In this document: positions 13,577-27,144 of the stretch, one piece after another
How the letters are laid out: the number at the start of each line of letters is the position of its first letter
How positions within the stretch are numbered: position 1 is the first letter of the stretch
Assembly (NCBI RefSeq): GCF_041956535.1
Contig: NW_027192220.1
Span: forward strand, 95,485 to 130,216
Length of the DNA stretch: 34,732 nt
From: Calcarisporiella thermophila CBS 279.70
Taxonomy: Eukaryota > Fungi > Calcarisporiellomycota
Direction of reading: 5' to 3'
Made by a program: the position numbers and the translations under genes
The notes under the pieces: generated by a model
Seen by the model: the letters and a program-made list of their open reading frames with translations, nothing else
Told to the model about the DNA's origin: nothing
The model's database searches: none

Positions 13577-14488
13577 TATCGAAATCTCAAATCGTTTTGA
13601 AATTATTATTATGGTGAAAGCTTCGTTAGCTGTTTTGTGACGGTTTTTAAGGGCATCCGAAATCCCTTTGTCACATAATCTAATTATAATTTCCACCTAG
13701 TAAGACTGCATGAGCATCCCAATACACTCATTTAGCACTACACTTAATTCACTGCTTCAAAATCTCGGAAGATGTTGGAGTTCAGATACTGCTGTGCCTA
13801 ATGCAACTGGATATGAGGGTGAGCTTCTAACAGAATGCGTATTTTGACACAGATATGTCAATAGGAAATTTTGGTGTTAGAAGGTTACAAATTGCAGTTT
13901 AAAAGAATAACATGCCCGTAGTAATTGCAGGGCAGCTTTGGTTTTCTGTTGATAGACTAACCAAAGAACGACCAAATCAAATGCAATCATTTTTTGGAAC
14001 TTCAAAAGGAGATTCTTTACTGCAAAAGCCTTTCTTTATGTTATATCCATTCAGTCATTGAATATTTCGCACCCAGTGCCTTGTGAGGTGGAGACAGCGT
14101 CGTACCGAGCATCACGTTACACTCTCAATAAATAGCTGTATATGATAAAATATGCTTACAAGTCGCCTAGTGACCTCCAATTATGCGATTGCAAGATCAA
14201 AAGTAACCTACTTATCCACCCTACCCTGTACTTTATATTGACGAGTCTTTGGATTGTCGGCCACTTAGGTCATTGCCACTAGTTGGGCATTCATTTAAAC
14301 ATATTTAGCCCAAAAGTTCGATGTGATCTCCAACAGATGCTAGTTTGAGTTTTTTCTTCTTCAAAATTACGGATATTACATTTACCACTTTAGGGTTACA
14401 ACAAATGCCATTATGTGCTTAGTATGGTTGAATATGAATTAGCGAAAAATTCATGAACAGATAGAAGGATAAATATACTCGTGGACGA

Positions 14489-15755
14489 TTAAGGAACATT
14501 ACAATTGAGAACAGGTGTGTGGCCGGACCAGAAGAATCCTCCCACAATGACTATCATGAGAACTTGCCCAATGACAATCGAGCTAACTGCATAGATACAC
14601 GAAAAGTTTCTAGGTAATGTTGTTATCTCTACTATAAATGTTGATATTGTCGTTAAACAACCGCAAAATCCGTCTATTAACCCCGAGGATATCTCGCAGC
14701 TGGGAGGCATTGCAGGGCGCGATATGATGAATGCTGCGAGTAGAGCGGTACCAAGAATGTTGGCCACTAGTGTGCCAAGAGGGATAGGATAGCGGTTGTT
14801 GAGAGAAAGCGCCAACACCCACCTAAATAATGTCCCTAGACTCACAGATAATAATCAGCGCGTAGGTCAAAAAAAGAGGTATAAAACTGGAAATTAGGTT
14901 ACCTAGAGGCGCCATGACTAGTGGTAAACTCCAAGCACGTCCACTCGACACAAAACCAGCTAACAATGCCATCCCGGTCCACAAAACCACGCCTCCACTG
15001 ATAGCTAGCAAGTCCAGTTGGGATGTCTTCTTTGCTTTGACCGCTTTTATTGGTATATCGTCGTCATTCGACGGAAGGAGTATATCCACCAACTCGTCAC
15101 CGAAAAGGAGCCCGGCCAAAGACATTCCCAATGTGATACAGATATGGGCCAAAAAGGCTAGGAACTATTTGAGTTAATACACCACTCCTGAATAAAGACG
15201 AAAGCCGTGGGCAAATAAAAACAAATTTGCATACACTTTGAAATCCGCCGCGAGAATACCCATCCATATTTGCTAACTCAGTGAACATGCCAAACTGCCA
15301 GGATGAAAAAGTTGTAATGGACCCACATAATCCAGTGGATAACCCTACATACAGTGCATATGACCTAAGATTTATCCAAGCAATCTTTAGATCAGCTAAT
15401 TCGCCACATAAGTGCTAATGGAAAACAGTCACCGGCGTATAATCCTGTTTTCACACGCTCTCACAGCGCCCATAATAGCGCATCCCACGAATTGCGCGCA
15501 AATAAGAGGGAAAACAGGGCTTCCCTCGTATGTGTGGAGATGGACGAGTCCCAATCTGATCAGTACTCCCGCAAAGGAAAAGATGATTAGACATGAGGCA
15601 ATCGCCCAGCGATTCTCTACAGCGATGTTCTCTTTTTTTAGTTCGGGCGAAGGGAGCGATGAGGCTTCATCTTGTCTCAGTATTCTTTGATTTAATGCAG
15701 AGAGATGCAGGTGGGTCGGCGACGACACCTCCGATAACGCGAGGTCGGAAGCCAT
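14489..15755 (-). CDS. FEX1: Fluoride export channel (FEX; two fused CrcB/Fluc domains), spliced
   Basis: GVLIRLGL, AQFVGCAIMG, GLSTGLCGSITTFSSWQ, PLGTLVANILG, GFCGCLTTISTFIVE. Confidence 0.9.
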
Positions 15756-16254
15756 ATATCCGACATTACTGGCCTCTCGGGATTGGAAGATAGAAAGGGC
15801 TGCGGCACATTCTCAGGCCGGGTAAATTGGAATATCCAAGAGCCCAATAGCGCGTTTGGATACCCCGCGATAGGGCCGAATATACAGGGCAATTAAGCTC
15901 GTCTCATTTGGCGTAGGAATGACACCAGGCCGAGCCCGCAGCTAGTGTGAACAATGGGAAGAGCCACGGTGAAGAAATCGCAATTATTGTGCCACCAACG
16001 CGTGAGTTCTTGTCTGCATCACGCAATCCAACGGAGTACAGATTTGCTGGTTGCGTTTGCCACACATGTTTAACTGCCGGACTACTAGCGACTTATATAG
16101 CATTGCTGATTTCCCTACTACGCATTTTTCACCTTGCCTGCCTGCCCTTTTTTATGCAAAAGCTTTTCTGTCTCTCCTCTTGCCCTTTGCTTACTTAATG
16201 CATGCCCTCTTCTCGCTGCCCTAACCGCTCATCCCTAGCCCCTCTCCCGAAATA

Positions 16255-18670
16255 ATGCCAAACCAACTTCCCTCCACCCGTGAGGCCATTGTCTTCGATG
16301 ACCACACCCATCCAGTATCGCGCACGCTCGTTAAGGACACCCTTCGCGATGGAATGCACTCTTGGCGCTCTGCTTTGACCAATTACTTGATTGGCCTCTT
16401 TCCCATTGCTACATGGCTGCCTCATTACAACTTCACATGGCTGACTGGTGATTTGATTGCTGGTATCACAATTGGATGCGTGGTCGTCCCTCAGGTAAGC
16501 TGCATTTTTATCCGAAAATTGCATCCATCTTAATGAGATTTACACCACCGTGATTAGGGAATGGCATACGCGCGCATTGCAACCCTTCCGCCAGAATATG
16601 GCCTCTACTCATCTTTCGTGGGTGTTTTTATCTACTGCTTTTTTGCCACTTCAAAAGACATGACCATTGGTGAGTCCTTCAATGCCCAGTCCAATACTGC
16701 CACTTCTGTGCTCACCCTCTATTTCGATCTTTAGGTCCAACTGCGGTTATGTCCCTACTTCTCTCACAAATCATCGCCTCCATTACCTCCGAAACTAGCG
16801 CCTACTCCCCAGTGGTGATTGCCAGTGCCTATGCTCTCATGGTCGGCGTAATTTGCGCAGGGCTCGGGTTACTCCGCCTAGGCTTCATAGTCGACTTTAT
16901 CCCTAATCCGGCTATCGCAGGTTTTATGACCGGCTCTGCTATCACAATTGCCCTGGGACAAATACCAAAGTTGCTAGGAATTAAGAGTGTAGATACCCGT
17001 GCTGCCGGATATTTAGTTCTTGGAAACTCACTGGCTGGGTTGCCTCGCACGTCGCTTGACGCGGCGTTTGGGCTGACTGGTCTCTTCATCCTTTATGCAA
17101 TACGCTTTGTGACAACACGCCTGATCAATCGCTATCCACGTTATAAATGGCCCCTATTCTTCGTTAACATTGCCAGAAACATCCTCCTGGTCATTGTCTT
17201 TACGGCAATCGCATACGGCATCTCGAAAGATAATCCCGATAAGCCCCCCATTTCCATTCTGAAGAACGTGCCTTCGGGGTTCAGAGACGTTCACGTTCCC
17301 CACGTCGACGTAGGGCTCTTGCAGAGAATTGCCCCCAATTTACCAAGTGCTGTCATCATTGTTGTGTTAGAACATATAGCAATCGCAAAATCGTTTGGTC
17401 GAGTTAACGATTATAAAAGTAAACCACCCCTCTCTTTTCACTCCTCACATGTGTTCAATATTGAGCATTAATCTCTATTCCTCACTCTACCTTAGTCAAT
17501 CCTAACCAAGAACTCATCGCCATTGGAGTCTCCAACATCATTGCCTCCTTCTTCTCCGCCTATCCCTCCACGGGTTCTTTCTCGCGATCCGCCATTAAAG
17601 CCAAGAGTGGAGTAAGGACCCCGCTTGCCGGTATCTTCTCAGGTATCATCGTCATTCTCGCTCTCTATGCTTTGACCCCGGCGTTCTACTACATTCCTGA
17701 TGCGACACTTGCCGCGGTTATCATCCACGCCGTCGGTGATCTGGTTGTTGGCCCAAACACCTGGAAACACTACTGGAAAGTGAATCCCTTCGAGCTACTT
17801 ATCTTCATCGTGAGTGTGGTCGTGACCTTCTTTGTGACCGTGGAGTGGGGAATCTATATCTCGGTGATCCTATCGGTGCTGCTTCTTCTTTTGAGGATTG
17901 CCCGCCCACGGTATTCTATTCTGGGACGTGTGCCCGTCGAATCCAATGAAAAGGACCACGCACGTTACGTATATGTTCCCATCGAACACCGCACCCTGAA
18001 GACCACGACCGAGATTCAATGTCCACCCCCCGGAATCCTTATCTTCCGCTTCGAAGAGGCCCTCACCTATCCCAATGCCAACTTCATCGCCGACCGGCTC
18101 ATCGAATATGTAGAGGAAAATACACGCCGCGCTGGAGAACGGCCCAAACGTAAAGGAGACCGACCATGGAACGACGCGGGGGATAAGCCCCATATTAGGA
18201 ACTCTTCCTCGGCGAGCACTGAGCGGGACAAGCCAGTGCTAAAGGCATTGGTGTTTGATTTTTCTGGAGTGCCTCACGTTGACACCACTGGATTGCAGAT
18301 GCTGATGGACGTTAGGGCGCAACTGAATCGCTACGCAGATCGCAATGTTGACTGGCATTTCGCAAATATCATCGACGGGTCAGTTCGCCGTTCCTTGATA
18401 ACTGGCGGATTCGGAATTGCTAAAGCACCCAAAGGCCCCGCAGAAGTGGCACCTGTGGTATCTTCGCACAACCAGGCCGTTGCCTCTTCATCCTCGACTT
18501 CACCAACTGCTTCGGTAAGGGAGGACTCTTTGACGGAAGAGAAACCGAGCGTCTCCATGGTCGAGGAGGGTCAAATGACCGCTACTGAATTGGAGGTACT
18601 AGACCATACCCCATTCTTCCATGTAGACCTGGACGAGGCGGTCCGAGTCGCTGCTAAGGACTGGCAGTAA
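16255..18670 (+). CDS. SulP/SLC26 sulfate permease with C-terminal STAS domain, 4 exons
   Basis: [16 protein letters not shown]|[58 protein letters not shown] motif [14 protein letters not shown]. Confidence 0.95.
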
Positions 18671-19840
18671 AACAGAATATACGGCGCCGTACACACTTAC
18701 AATGTTTCTCTACACACTTTTTATTTGTTTCATTTCTTGCTCTGAACTCTTATCCCTATATTCATATTTCAATATTATTTATACGACGCCTGGGGTTTCA
18801 GCTTTAACCTCAATAGTTAGCCGTCCTCCTTGTCTTGTATATTTATTTTTATCTACTCTTATTTATCTACATTAATAACTGCTACACTGTACTGTCACTT
18901 TTATTTTTTTTTAAATTCAATTGTCTACTACGGGAGAACAATCGTTTTTTTTTTTCTAACTCTGCTCCAACCTGCGCTTTTTTTTTTAAAAAAAAAAAAA
19001 CTGTTCTTGTCGAACGCAATTAATTGCAAAATGAGGCAGTTTTAGTGGCTGCCCAGGCACTCTCCTGCTGTGGAAATAAACATCCTCCCTCGGTTTAGCG
19101 CTCCACTAAAATACGTGAAGATTCCATATTTTATATAAATAGTGAAGTTGGCCCACGAATAACGGTTTATCCATAATGGTTTATGAAAAGTGCGAATATC
19201 TGAGGATCGCCAGAGAAAAGGGCAGAGGCAAGAAACCAATCAAACCTAGGAAACATTTCCCCTATAACATTAGTTACTCTTTATAATGATGGCAGATAAA
19301 GCCCCAGTTTAGAGCCTGAGTTGCAGGCACCCTAAGCAAGCTCTAACCCTGTGGTCATGTCTTAAGCTTGTTCGAAGTCCGCAAATGCGCCCACCTTCGA
19401 TTTTAATATCTTTTACTCTTCAGTCCTAACTACAACTTGCACCTAGCAACAGAAGAGCTACCTTTTCATCCTCGTTATCGCCCGCAGTAGCGTCAATAGT
19501 CTATGGATGCTGAAGTTTTCTTTTTTTGAAATGAATGATCATATCGCTCCAATTCCTATGGCCTTATATAGAGATCCTCTTCGTCTATCCTCATCAATAT
19601 TCTTTCTATCACATTCCTACAAAATTGAATGGAGTCTTCAGACCAACATGCACAGAGGAGCCGAGTGCAAGCTGCAAGTTACTTCAATAAGATTGAGAAA
19701 CCAAAACTAATAGGGTCAATGTATTAAGTATTAAGATTTACACGCAGCATGAAAGTATACAAGTATCACACATACAACACACACAAGAAACCGTTATACA
19801 TTGCATATGCACAGTTGACACACAGGGCCCCAAATTTAAC

Positions 19841-22800
19841 TTAGGCAGCCTCATATTTCCACCCGCTAATGGTGCTTTCATCCCGCGACAAGATCCACGT
19901 GTCCCAGTAGTGGGTGTCCAGCTTCATGGCCACCACCTTGGTAACGTCATTGCGAGACACCGTCTTGATGCGAACATACCCCTCCTCATCCTCATCCTCC
20001 TCCTCTCGGAGCTCTTGCTCGTGAGCGCGAACCGCCTCCAAGAAGGAGTCCAAATCGTGCACACTCCTCCCCCCCACCTCCACCACCCACACTCCCGGTC
20101 GCATACTCACACTTGCGGGTGACCCATACAGAGTGCAAGACACATAGACCCCCGTCGGAACCCTCTTCACCTGCTCAAGCACAGCTTGATACGGCATCTG
20201 CACTAGTGCGCCTTGCCACTCTACTATCCGTGTCGTCTCTAATCCGCTGAGGGGGATGGTCGGCACCCTGATGCGCAATTCTTTCGCATCCCGGAGCACC
20301 ACCATTTCCACCTCCTCCAAATGCTCAATCCGCTTCAAATCGGACATTCTTCCAACGCACTCCCCGTTCATCTCCAGGATCACGTCCCCCACCTGCAGCA
20401 CCTTTTGTGCCGTTTGGTCGAGCACGTTGAGGACGTAGAGGAGCGAGTGCCGCCCGCGCTGACTGGATTCTATCCGTCGCACCCATTCGTCGGTCAAACC
20501 AAGCGTTCTTGCGGCTGCAATGCGCATGGTCCAGAGCTCCACTCCGAGCCCACGCAACTTCGGCTCCTCCCCGCGCATCATCGGCTCCAGCGTAGACTTC
20601 AGCAGATTCACGGCCAACCCCGACATAAACGACATATCCCTCCCTTTCTCATTCTGAGTGGAATAGCTTAGCCACAACGCTTGCACCTTTCCATCACGAT
20701 CACAGAGCACGCCACCTTGGGCGCTCTCCGCGTCGTCCACCTTGATCCCCTCCACGTTCATGGCCCGCCACCGAGGAGGCGAGCATTCTCGTGTGCCCAC
20801 GTTGCTGATGCTGGACACCACGGTCCGGCGAACCACCGGGGAATAATCGCTCGAGCATCCAACCAGCCAAGTCTCGTCGCCCTGCGCCAGCATCTTATCC
20901 GAGAATTCCACTGCCCGAATGGGGGTATCACCGAGAAGCGAGCGATCGAAAGTCAAGACAGCAATATTATAAACAGGGTGAAGATAAAGAAGCCGCGCCG
21001 GAATAATGATGCTATTGGCGACCGTGATAAAAATGTCTCCCACAAGAATCGTGACGGTATCGCGATCGCACACAATGAGTGGGGGGTCAGTCGATACGAT
21101 CACGCCAAATCCATAGAACTAACCACAGAAGATAATACAAGTGTTGGGGGGGTTATCCACAGGGTGTTTACAGGGAATGGGAAGAAGGGAGGTGAGACTG
21201 TGACAGCTCGCTTTACCTGAGTGTTTTTCATTCCATCCACCAGATAAGGCAATTGGAAATCAATGGCCACGAAGGACGGCATTAACAAGCCGGCCGGATG
21301 CAGGGATTCATCCAGCGTGGGAAACGATGCTGTTGCGGACACATACGAGTGCACCTTGGGCGGGGGCGGCATCTCGGTAAAGTGCCAAAGTCCAGTTGTG
21401 TCATCGCGAACTGCAACACGGAAGCTATGCCAATGACGGTCGACATGCATAATCATCACCTTTTCTTTGTACGTCTTTGACAACGAGAAGAAACGGATAG
21501 GCACGCGTGCGCCATCAGGCAGCGTCTTAATCGCCTCGATAAATGCGTCCAGATTTGGCGTTGGGATACTATTGACGCTGACAATCACCGATTTGCGCCA
21601 AGCTGATGCGCTGGCAAGCATGTGTCCACTCGTCGCGACATACGGCCCCCCCACCGGCAGCTGGTAAGTTCGTGCAATTTGGTATGACAGTTCGTGAACT
21701 ATTCCCCCTCCTACCTCCACAAATCGGTCGGGCGTAATGGAATGTAGATCCTGCACCCTCAGGCGTACATTGAGCAAACTTTTGCCGCGGCACACCATGA
21801 ACTCAATCTCTTCGCCCACCATATTGTCCACCACCGCGAAGAGCTGATTGAAATTGGCAATCATTTCGCCCTGAAGCTTGACTATGATGTCCCCCGGCAC
21901 AAGCACATTGTCAGCAGGGCCACGCGGGAGCAACGATCTTACCACGAGCAATCCGTTCTCGTCAGGAAAACGCGCACGCACTTCCTCCTCCACTTCTGCC
22001 CGCAGCCCTAACTTCCGCAGCTCATCGTAGGACATGTACTCAAACTCCGTCTGTAGCGTCCCGCGTGGAACTTGATGCCCGCGACGAATGTAGTTGAGCG
22101 CACGCTTAACTCGATCCAGAGGAAGATAGTAGCTAGATGCGGCTCGACTTGCTCCTCCAGCATTTAACGCGACAGCGTGCCCGTCAATGTCCAATACAGG
22201 GCTGCCGGACGAACCCCCACTAGTGCCGGATGCAGCTTGCAAATAAAATGTGTTAAAATCATTATATTCGCCAACCCCATATTCGGGGGCGCGCCGATCA
22301 AGCCTCGCTATGGTCCCCGCGAGGATGCTCAGTTTTTCACCAGCGTCATTACCAACCACTCGGATTTCCATCCCAACCTTGGCACGTTCTGGAGAGAGCG
22401 GGATCTCAGACAGCTCCATGAATCTGACCTTACGCGGATCAAACTGTAAAAAACCAAAATCGTGCACCGGGTCGCGATAAATTGGCCGCAGATCAACCTC
22501 CTCATAGTTTGTTAGTATGCCTTGGGCCACGATAGGAGCGGGGGAAACGACGTGACGATTCGAGAGAATGATCCCGCGTCTTGCGTCAACAATAAATCCC
22601 GACGCGGAATAAGCCCCTAATTGCACATGAACACATTATTCCACCCTTCTTCTTCTTACCGCGTCAAAATGGATTCCAAGACTTATTTACCCGATGTCTC
22701 TGTGTCAAAACTCCGAACATGACACGCCTTAATCGTGACAATGGCCTTGATAGAGCGCTCAAGCGTCGGCTCCCATGACTTCGCGTCCATCATTGCCAGA

Positions 22801-22943
22801 GGCTGCTGATACCATTTTGGCTGTGCGATATATGGAATGGACTTGGAGCGATTTCGAAAAGGGCTGGAGGAGCGCTGTTCCGGGGGCTCGTAGAGCGGGT
22901 GGCGGGAGGGGAAGGGCGAGGATATTGGCTCTTTTTTGACCAT
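19841..22943 (-). CDS. NMA111: HtrA-family nuclear serine protease Nma111/Ynm3, 3 exons
   Basis: ILSNRHVV, YRDPVHDFG, VVGNDAGEKLSILAG, YNDFNTFY, GGSSGSPV (catalytic Ser), PDZ domains and a duplicated C-terminal half. Confidence 0.95.
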
Positions 22944-24611
22944 GCTGCAAAGAGTGTAGGATAAGAAAGATGAATACGCTAATGTGATGAAAGATGCTCA
23001 GCAAAAACTAAGGAGAATTGAGCGGGAGCTGGACGAGGAAAGGATAGCGACGAGCACTTTGGGCGTAATTATGGTAAAATTCCGTGTGAAACTCAGAAGT
23101 TGCGTCGAAAAACTCCACCAATATCGATCATATACAGTGCCCCTGCCACTCGTTGCGGCTGATTTGCTCTCCTCTAGGCCAAATATTCTCTAGATTTAAA
23201 CCCAAATTCAGCCGACTTCTATTCGCTTGCTGGGGATCTTTCTTCCGCGAGCGCAGGGTGGCAGGAAGAGATGGCGGTGCAAACCTACCCCTCGCCTATG
23301 GGTCCATTTCGATGGAATCTGCCTTCCAGCTTTGGGTGCTTCTGGTTAGCCATTGTGGCTGAAATATATGTCGTGTGGCAATTGGGATAGAGTGAAAGTA
23401 ATAATATGCATTATCACAAACAAGAGTAGGCACGTCATGTTTAGGCTAACCTAAGGGGAACCTGCCTGCTTCGAATAAGTCTGCACGTGGAGGATAGATT
23501 TCGATGGTGTATCATGGTTGTTCAGTTAGGCCAAATTTAAGATCGAGCAACAGTGGATAATGTTTAAAAGAGTTGTCTGGTGGAGATCGTTTATATAGCG
23601 TCGTCATTTGAAACTCTGGTCTCCTCCAAATATACATTTTTCTTGTTTGAAAAAGATTAAGTTCATGGCCTTTTGCAAATATCTTCACTGTTATCATTTG
23701 AAAGGCAAACGGTTTATGTAGTGTAAGTATGATCTCATTAGACTCCGAGTTTTCCAACTCTACTTAGGTTGACAGGGCGATCGTTACGAGTCTGTTACAT
23801 ATGGGTTTCAATCCAATGCGTATGGTAAAAGCTTCTGAAACAAGCGGACTTTTCCTCAGAACTCTCTATATAGAAAGACGCGTGAAAATATACGAGTCTA
23901 TCGGCTTCATCGAAACGTGTGTCTCTAATTTGTAATCAAACTTGAAGAGTCACTTTAAAATAGGAAGAGCCACTGAAAACATTATCAAGTTAGCTATACC
24001 CTCAATTGTTTTTGCAACGTTACCTCAAGCCAGGATCAGCGCAAATATCTGCGCCCGGAACGCATATGTTTTTTCTCTTAACATAGGTCGTCCAAATGGG
24101 ATCCATGATTTATTTCTTTGACTCAAAATTGTTAAAAACTCTAAAAAAAATGATTATTATTTTATATGCATCAGAACGCTAGGACCTTCACCGGTACACT
24201 ATTTGGACTACATTAGTATTAGAATAAATATGGATGATAAACAATGTATTTCAGCCGAACACGACATTTTTTTTAATCATCCTTATAAAGTTAGGCTAAT
24301 CTGACTTGCCCTAAGTGATGGACTGCTTTAGATATCCTTAAGCATCCCATGAATTCATCATTACATCCCCTACAAGCGTGCAGTGGGAAAAAGCATTACT
24401 AGAAGCAAACGGCTAACAATGTTGAGTGAAGTTGACGTGCAGAATTAGTTTGACACAAGGTGGGGAATCTGCTGCTATATTAAGGTATTCACCTCCACAT
24501 GCTTATACTTGATCACCACATTGAAGCGGGTAGATTGCCGTTGAGGAAATAACTAAGCCACTACACCATAAAAGATACAAGGAAGGATCTTGGTTCTCCA
24601 AGTTCATCAAA

Positions 24612-25634
24612 ATGACTTCGCATCCCCAACATCCTGAGCAGAAAGCCTTGCTCCAATTTGAGCATCAGGTTGGCGGCCATCAGCGCATGCTCGCCCATCC
24701 TGAAAACAGCGGAATAATTATCAAACCAGTCACAAATCGAGAGCACAATTTTTACGAGGAGAGTGCACTTCACCCCGATTTTAAAGCTTGGATGCCTGAA
24801 TTTTATGGATGCCTGGTTCCCCAGAGTGGTGATGCTCAATCCAACGGATTACCGTTGGATGCTGATAATGGTTTGAAGAGTGGTGAAGTATATATTTGCA
24901 TGGAAAATCTCGTTGCTGGTTTCAAAAAGCCATGTTTAATGGATCTAAAAATTGGAACCCGTCTATATGACGACGATGCAAGCGAGGAAAAGAAAGCTCG
25001 AATGCAACAGCAGGCGCTTAAAACCACTACTGGATCACTTGGAATCAGAATAACCGGGTTCCAGGTACGATTCACAGTGAATGTACTCTTGATTCAACAC
25101 GGCTATGATGCTGACTTTAATATTGACTCCCTAATTTAGGTGTGGAACGAAAGTACCAAGAGCTACTATACTTTTGAAAGGGAGCTTGGTCGCTCGCTCA
25201 CTGCTGATGGCGTACCCGATGCCCTCGCACGCTTTTTTTCAGCCGATGGGCTCACTCAGGACCAGCGCGCAATGCTGATTGAAAGATTTATGGATGAATT
25301 ATATGCATTTGAGGAGATGCTCCGGGAACAAGAAGTGAGGCTCTATGCAAGTTCACTTCTGTTTATTTATGAAGGCGACCCCGTAGCTATGGCTGAGGCT
25401 TTAACGAAAGAGGAGGAGGATATAAAGAAGAAGGAGGAGCGAGAGAAAAAAGAGGAAGAAGAAGAGGAGAACATGGAAGAGGAAGAGGAAGAAGAAGATG
25501 AAAGGAAAGTATTTGAACTTCGTATAGTGGATTTTGCGCATTCTCACTGGGAAACCGGTATTGGCCCCGATGACGGTGCCGTGCTTGGAGTTCAGAACAC
25601 AATCAAATTCTTGGGCGCACTACAAAAGAAATAG
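24612..25634 (+). CDS. Inositol polyphosphate kinase (IPK family, Ipk2/Arg82-like), intron 25065-25139
   Basis: QVGGH, PCLMDLKIG (PxxxDxKxG), SSLLFIYEGD, an acidic insert and IVDFAH. Confidence 0.92.
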
Positions 25635-26091
25635 AATCCAATATTTCGTGCCATCCATATTAGCATATGTTCTAATATATATATACCTATCATTAGTCTC
25701 GCCCTCTTTTTTTAATGAATACACTCGTCTTCTGTAGAAACACTTTCACTACTAAAAAGAAGTGAGGAGAATAGTTTAATGCAACTTGAACTATTTCCGG
25801 AGTTGTGGTAGAAAAGTGTGAGACTATGCCTTCAACCAGGCAGTTAATTTAGTGAATGTTCCCCCATAGATGAATATATCTTCGCAACATAATACACAAC
25901 GAAAATGTCTTCGCTCTAATGGGCTCTACTATAATACGGAAAGCGGAAAAGAAGATGCTTTGTCTTGTCGACATCATAATGACTTGAATCTAGCTTATTT
26001 TAATATCTCTGAACTTATGTATCTTTCATTTTCAATAATTAGCCATAAATATAAAGCATAATATCTTTCTCAAAGATTTAAAAGAGATAAC

Positions 26092-26164
26092 TGTTTCTAG
26101 CCGGGTTCGAACCGACGATCCTTCGCGTGTAAAGCGAATGTCCTAACCACTAGACCATAGAAAC
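26092..26164 (-). tRNA. tRNA-Val (anticodon TAC)
   Basis: GTTTCTA/TAGAAAC acceptor stem, A-box TGGTCTAGTGG, anticodon arm TTCGC-TTTACAC-GCGAA, T-loop TTCGAAC. 73 nt, with a T4 run just downstream. Confidence 0.95.
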
Positions 26165-26247
26165 TGTTTACGATGAATGAGGCAAAAAAATTGATTTTCA
26201 TATGGAAAAATATAGCAGTCACGATAAGCTCTAACACGGGCCCGGTC

Positions 26248-26967
26248 TGGGGGAGGATTAGTGTNNNNNNNNNNNNNNNNNNNNNNNNNNNNNNNNNNNN
26301 NNNNNNNNNNNNNNNNNNNNNNNNNNNNNNNNNNNNNNNNNNNNNNNNNNNNNNNNNNNNNNNNNNNNNNNNNNNNNNNNNNNNNNNNNNNNNNNNNNNN
26401 NNNNNNNNNNNNNNNNNNNNNNNNNNNNNNNNNNNNNNNNNNNNNNNNNNNNNNNNNNNNNNNNNNNNNNNNNNNNNNNNNNNNNNNNNNNNNNNNNNNN
26501 NNNNNNNNNNNNNNNNNNNNNNNNNNNNNNNNNNNNNNNNNNNNNNNNNNNNNNNNNNNNNNNNNNNNNNNNNNNNNNNNNNNNNNNNNNNNNNNNNNNN
26601 NNNNNNNNNNNNNNNNNNNNNNNNNNNNNNNNNNNNNNNNNNNNNNNNNNNNNNNNNNNNNNNNNNNNNNNNNNNNNNNNNNNNNNNNNNNNNNNNNNNN
26701 NNNNNNNNNNNNNNNNNNNNNNNNNNNNNNNNNNNNNNNNNNNNNNNNNNNNNNNNNNNNNNNNNNNNNNNNNNNNNNNNNNNNNNNNNNNNNNNNNNNN
26801 NNNNNNNNNNNNNNNNNNNNNNNNNNNNNNNNNNNNNNNNNNNNNNNNNNNNNNNNNNNNNNNNNNNNNNNNNNNNNNNNNNNNNNNNNNNNNNNNNNNN
26901 NNNNNNNNNNNNNNNNNNNNNNNNNNNNNNNNNNNNNNNNNNNNNNNNNNNNNNNNNNNNNNNNAAA
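26248..26967 (+). mobile_element. SINE copy A, mostly hidden in the assembly gap
   Basis: Head TGGGGGAGGATTAGTGT just before the gap and AAA just after it. Flanked by the 17-bp direct repeat CTAACACGGGCCCGGTC (26231-26247 and 26968-26984). Confidence 0.65.
26265..26964. other. Assembly gap (700 N)
   Basis: Run of N. Confidence 1.
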
Positions 26968-27144
26968 CTAACACGGGCCCGGTCGGGGGAAGGTTAGTGT
27001 AGTGGACTATCCCTGGTATGCCGATGAGAACGGCCTGGGTTCGAATCCCACTTCTCCCACCATCACTTACTCTTAGTTTGTGGTGCTATCCACTTGATCA
27101 GAAATTGAGTCCATTATTGAAAGGATCCCTCCTACGATAAGTAC

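Noticed and set aside
19910-22480. Multiple antisense and alternate-frame ORFs over NMA111 (likewise over SulP, SEC62, SLM3 and the LINE)
   Set aside because: Shadow ORFs of GC-richer coding sequence with no recognisable motifs.
23070-23400. Possible structured ncRNA (RNase P-like AACCCAAATTCAG) upstream of NMA111
   Set aside because: No convincing P4 partner or spacing; cannot be supported without an Infernal search.
26173-26997. Long ORFs across the N run
   Set aside because: Artefacts of translating N.
26985-27062. SINE head as a real tRNA or tRNA-Sec (long D stem, extra arm; some early-diverging fungi use Sec)
   Set aside because: There is no TCA anticodon and no proper anticodon arm. 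It continues into a conserved ~250-nt body, and the intact copy has poly(A) and a TSD.
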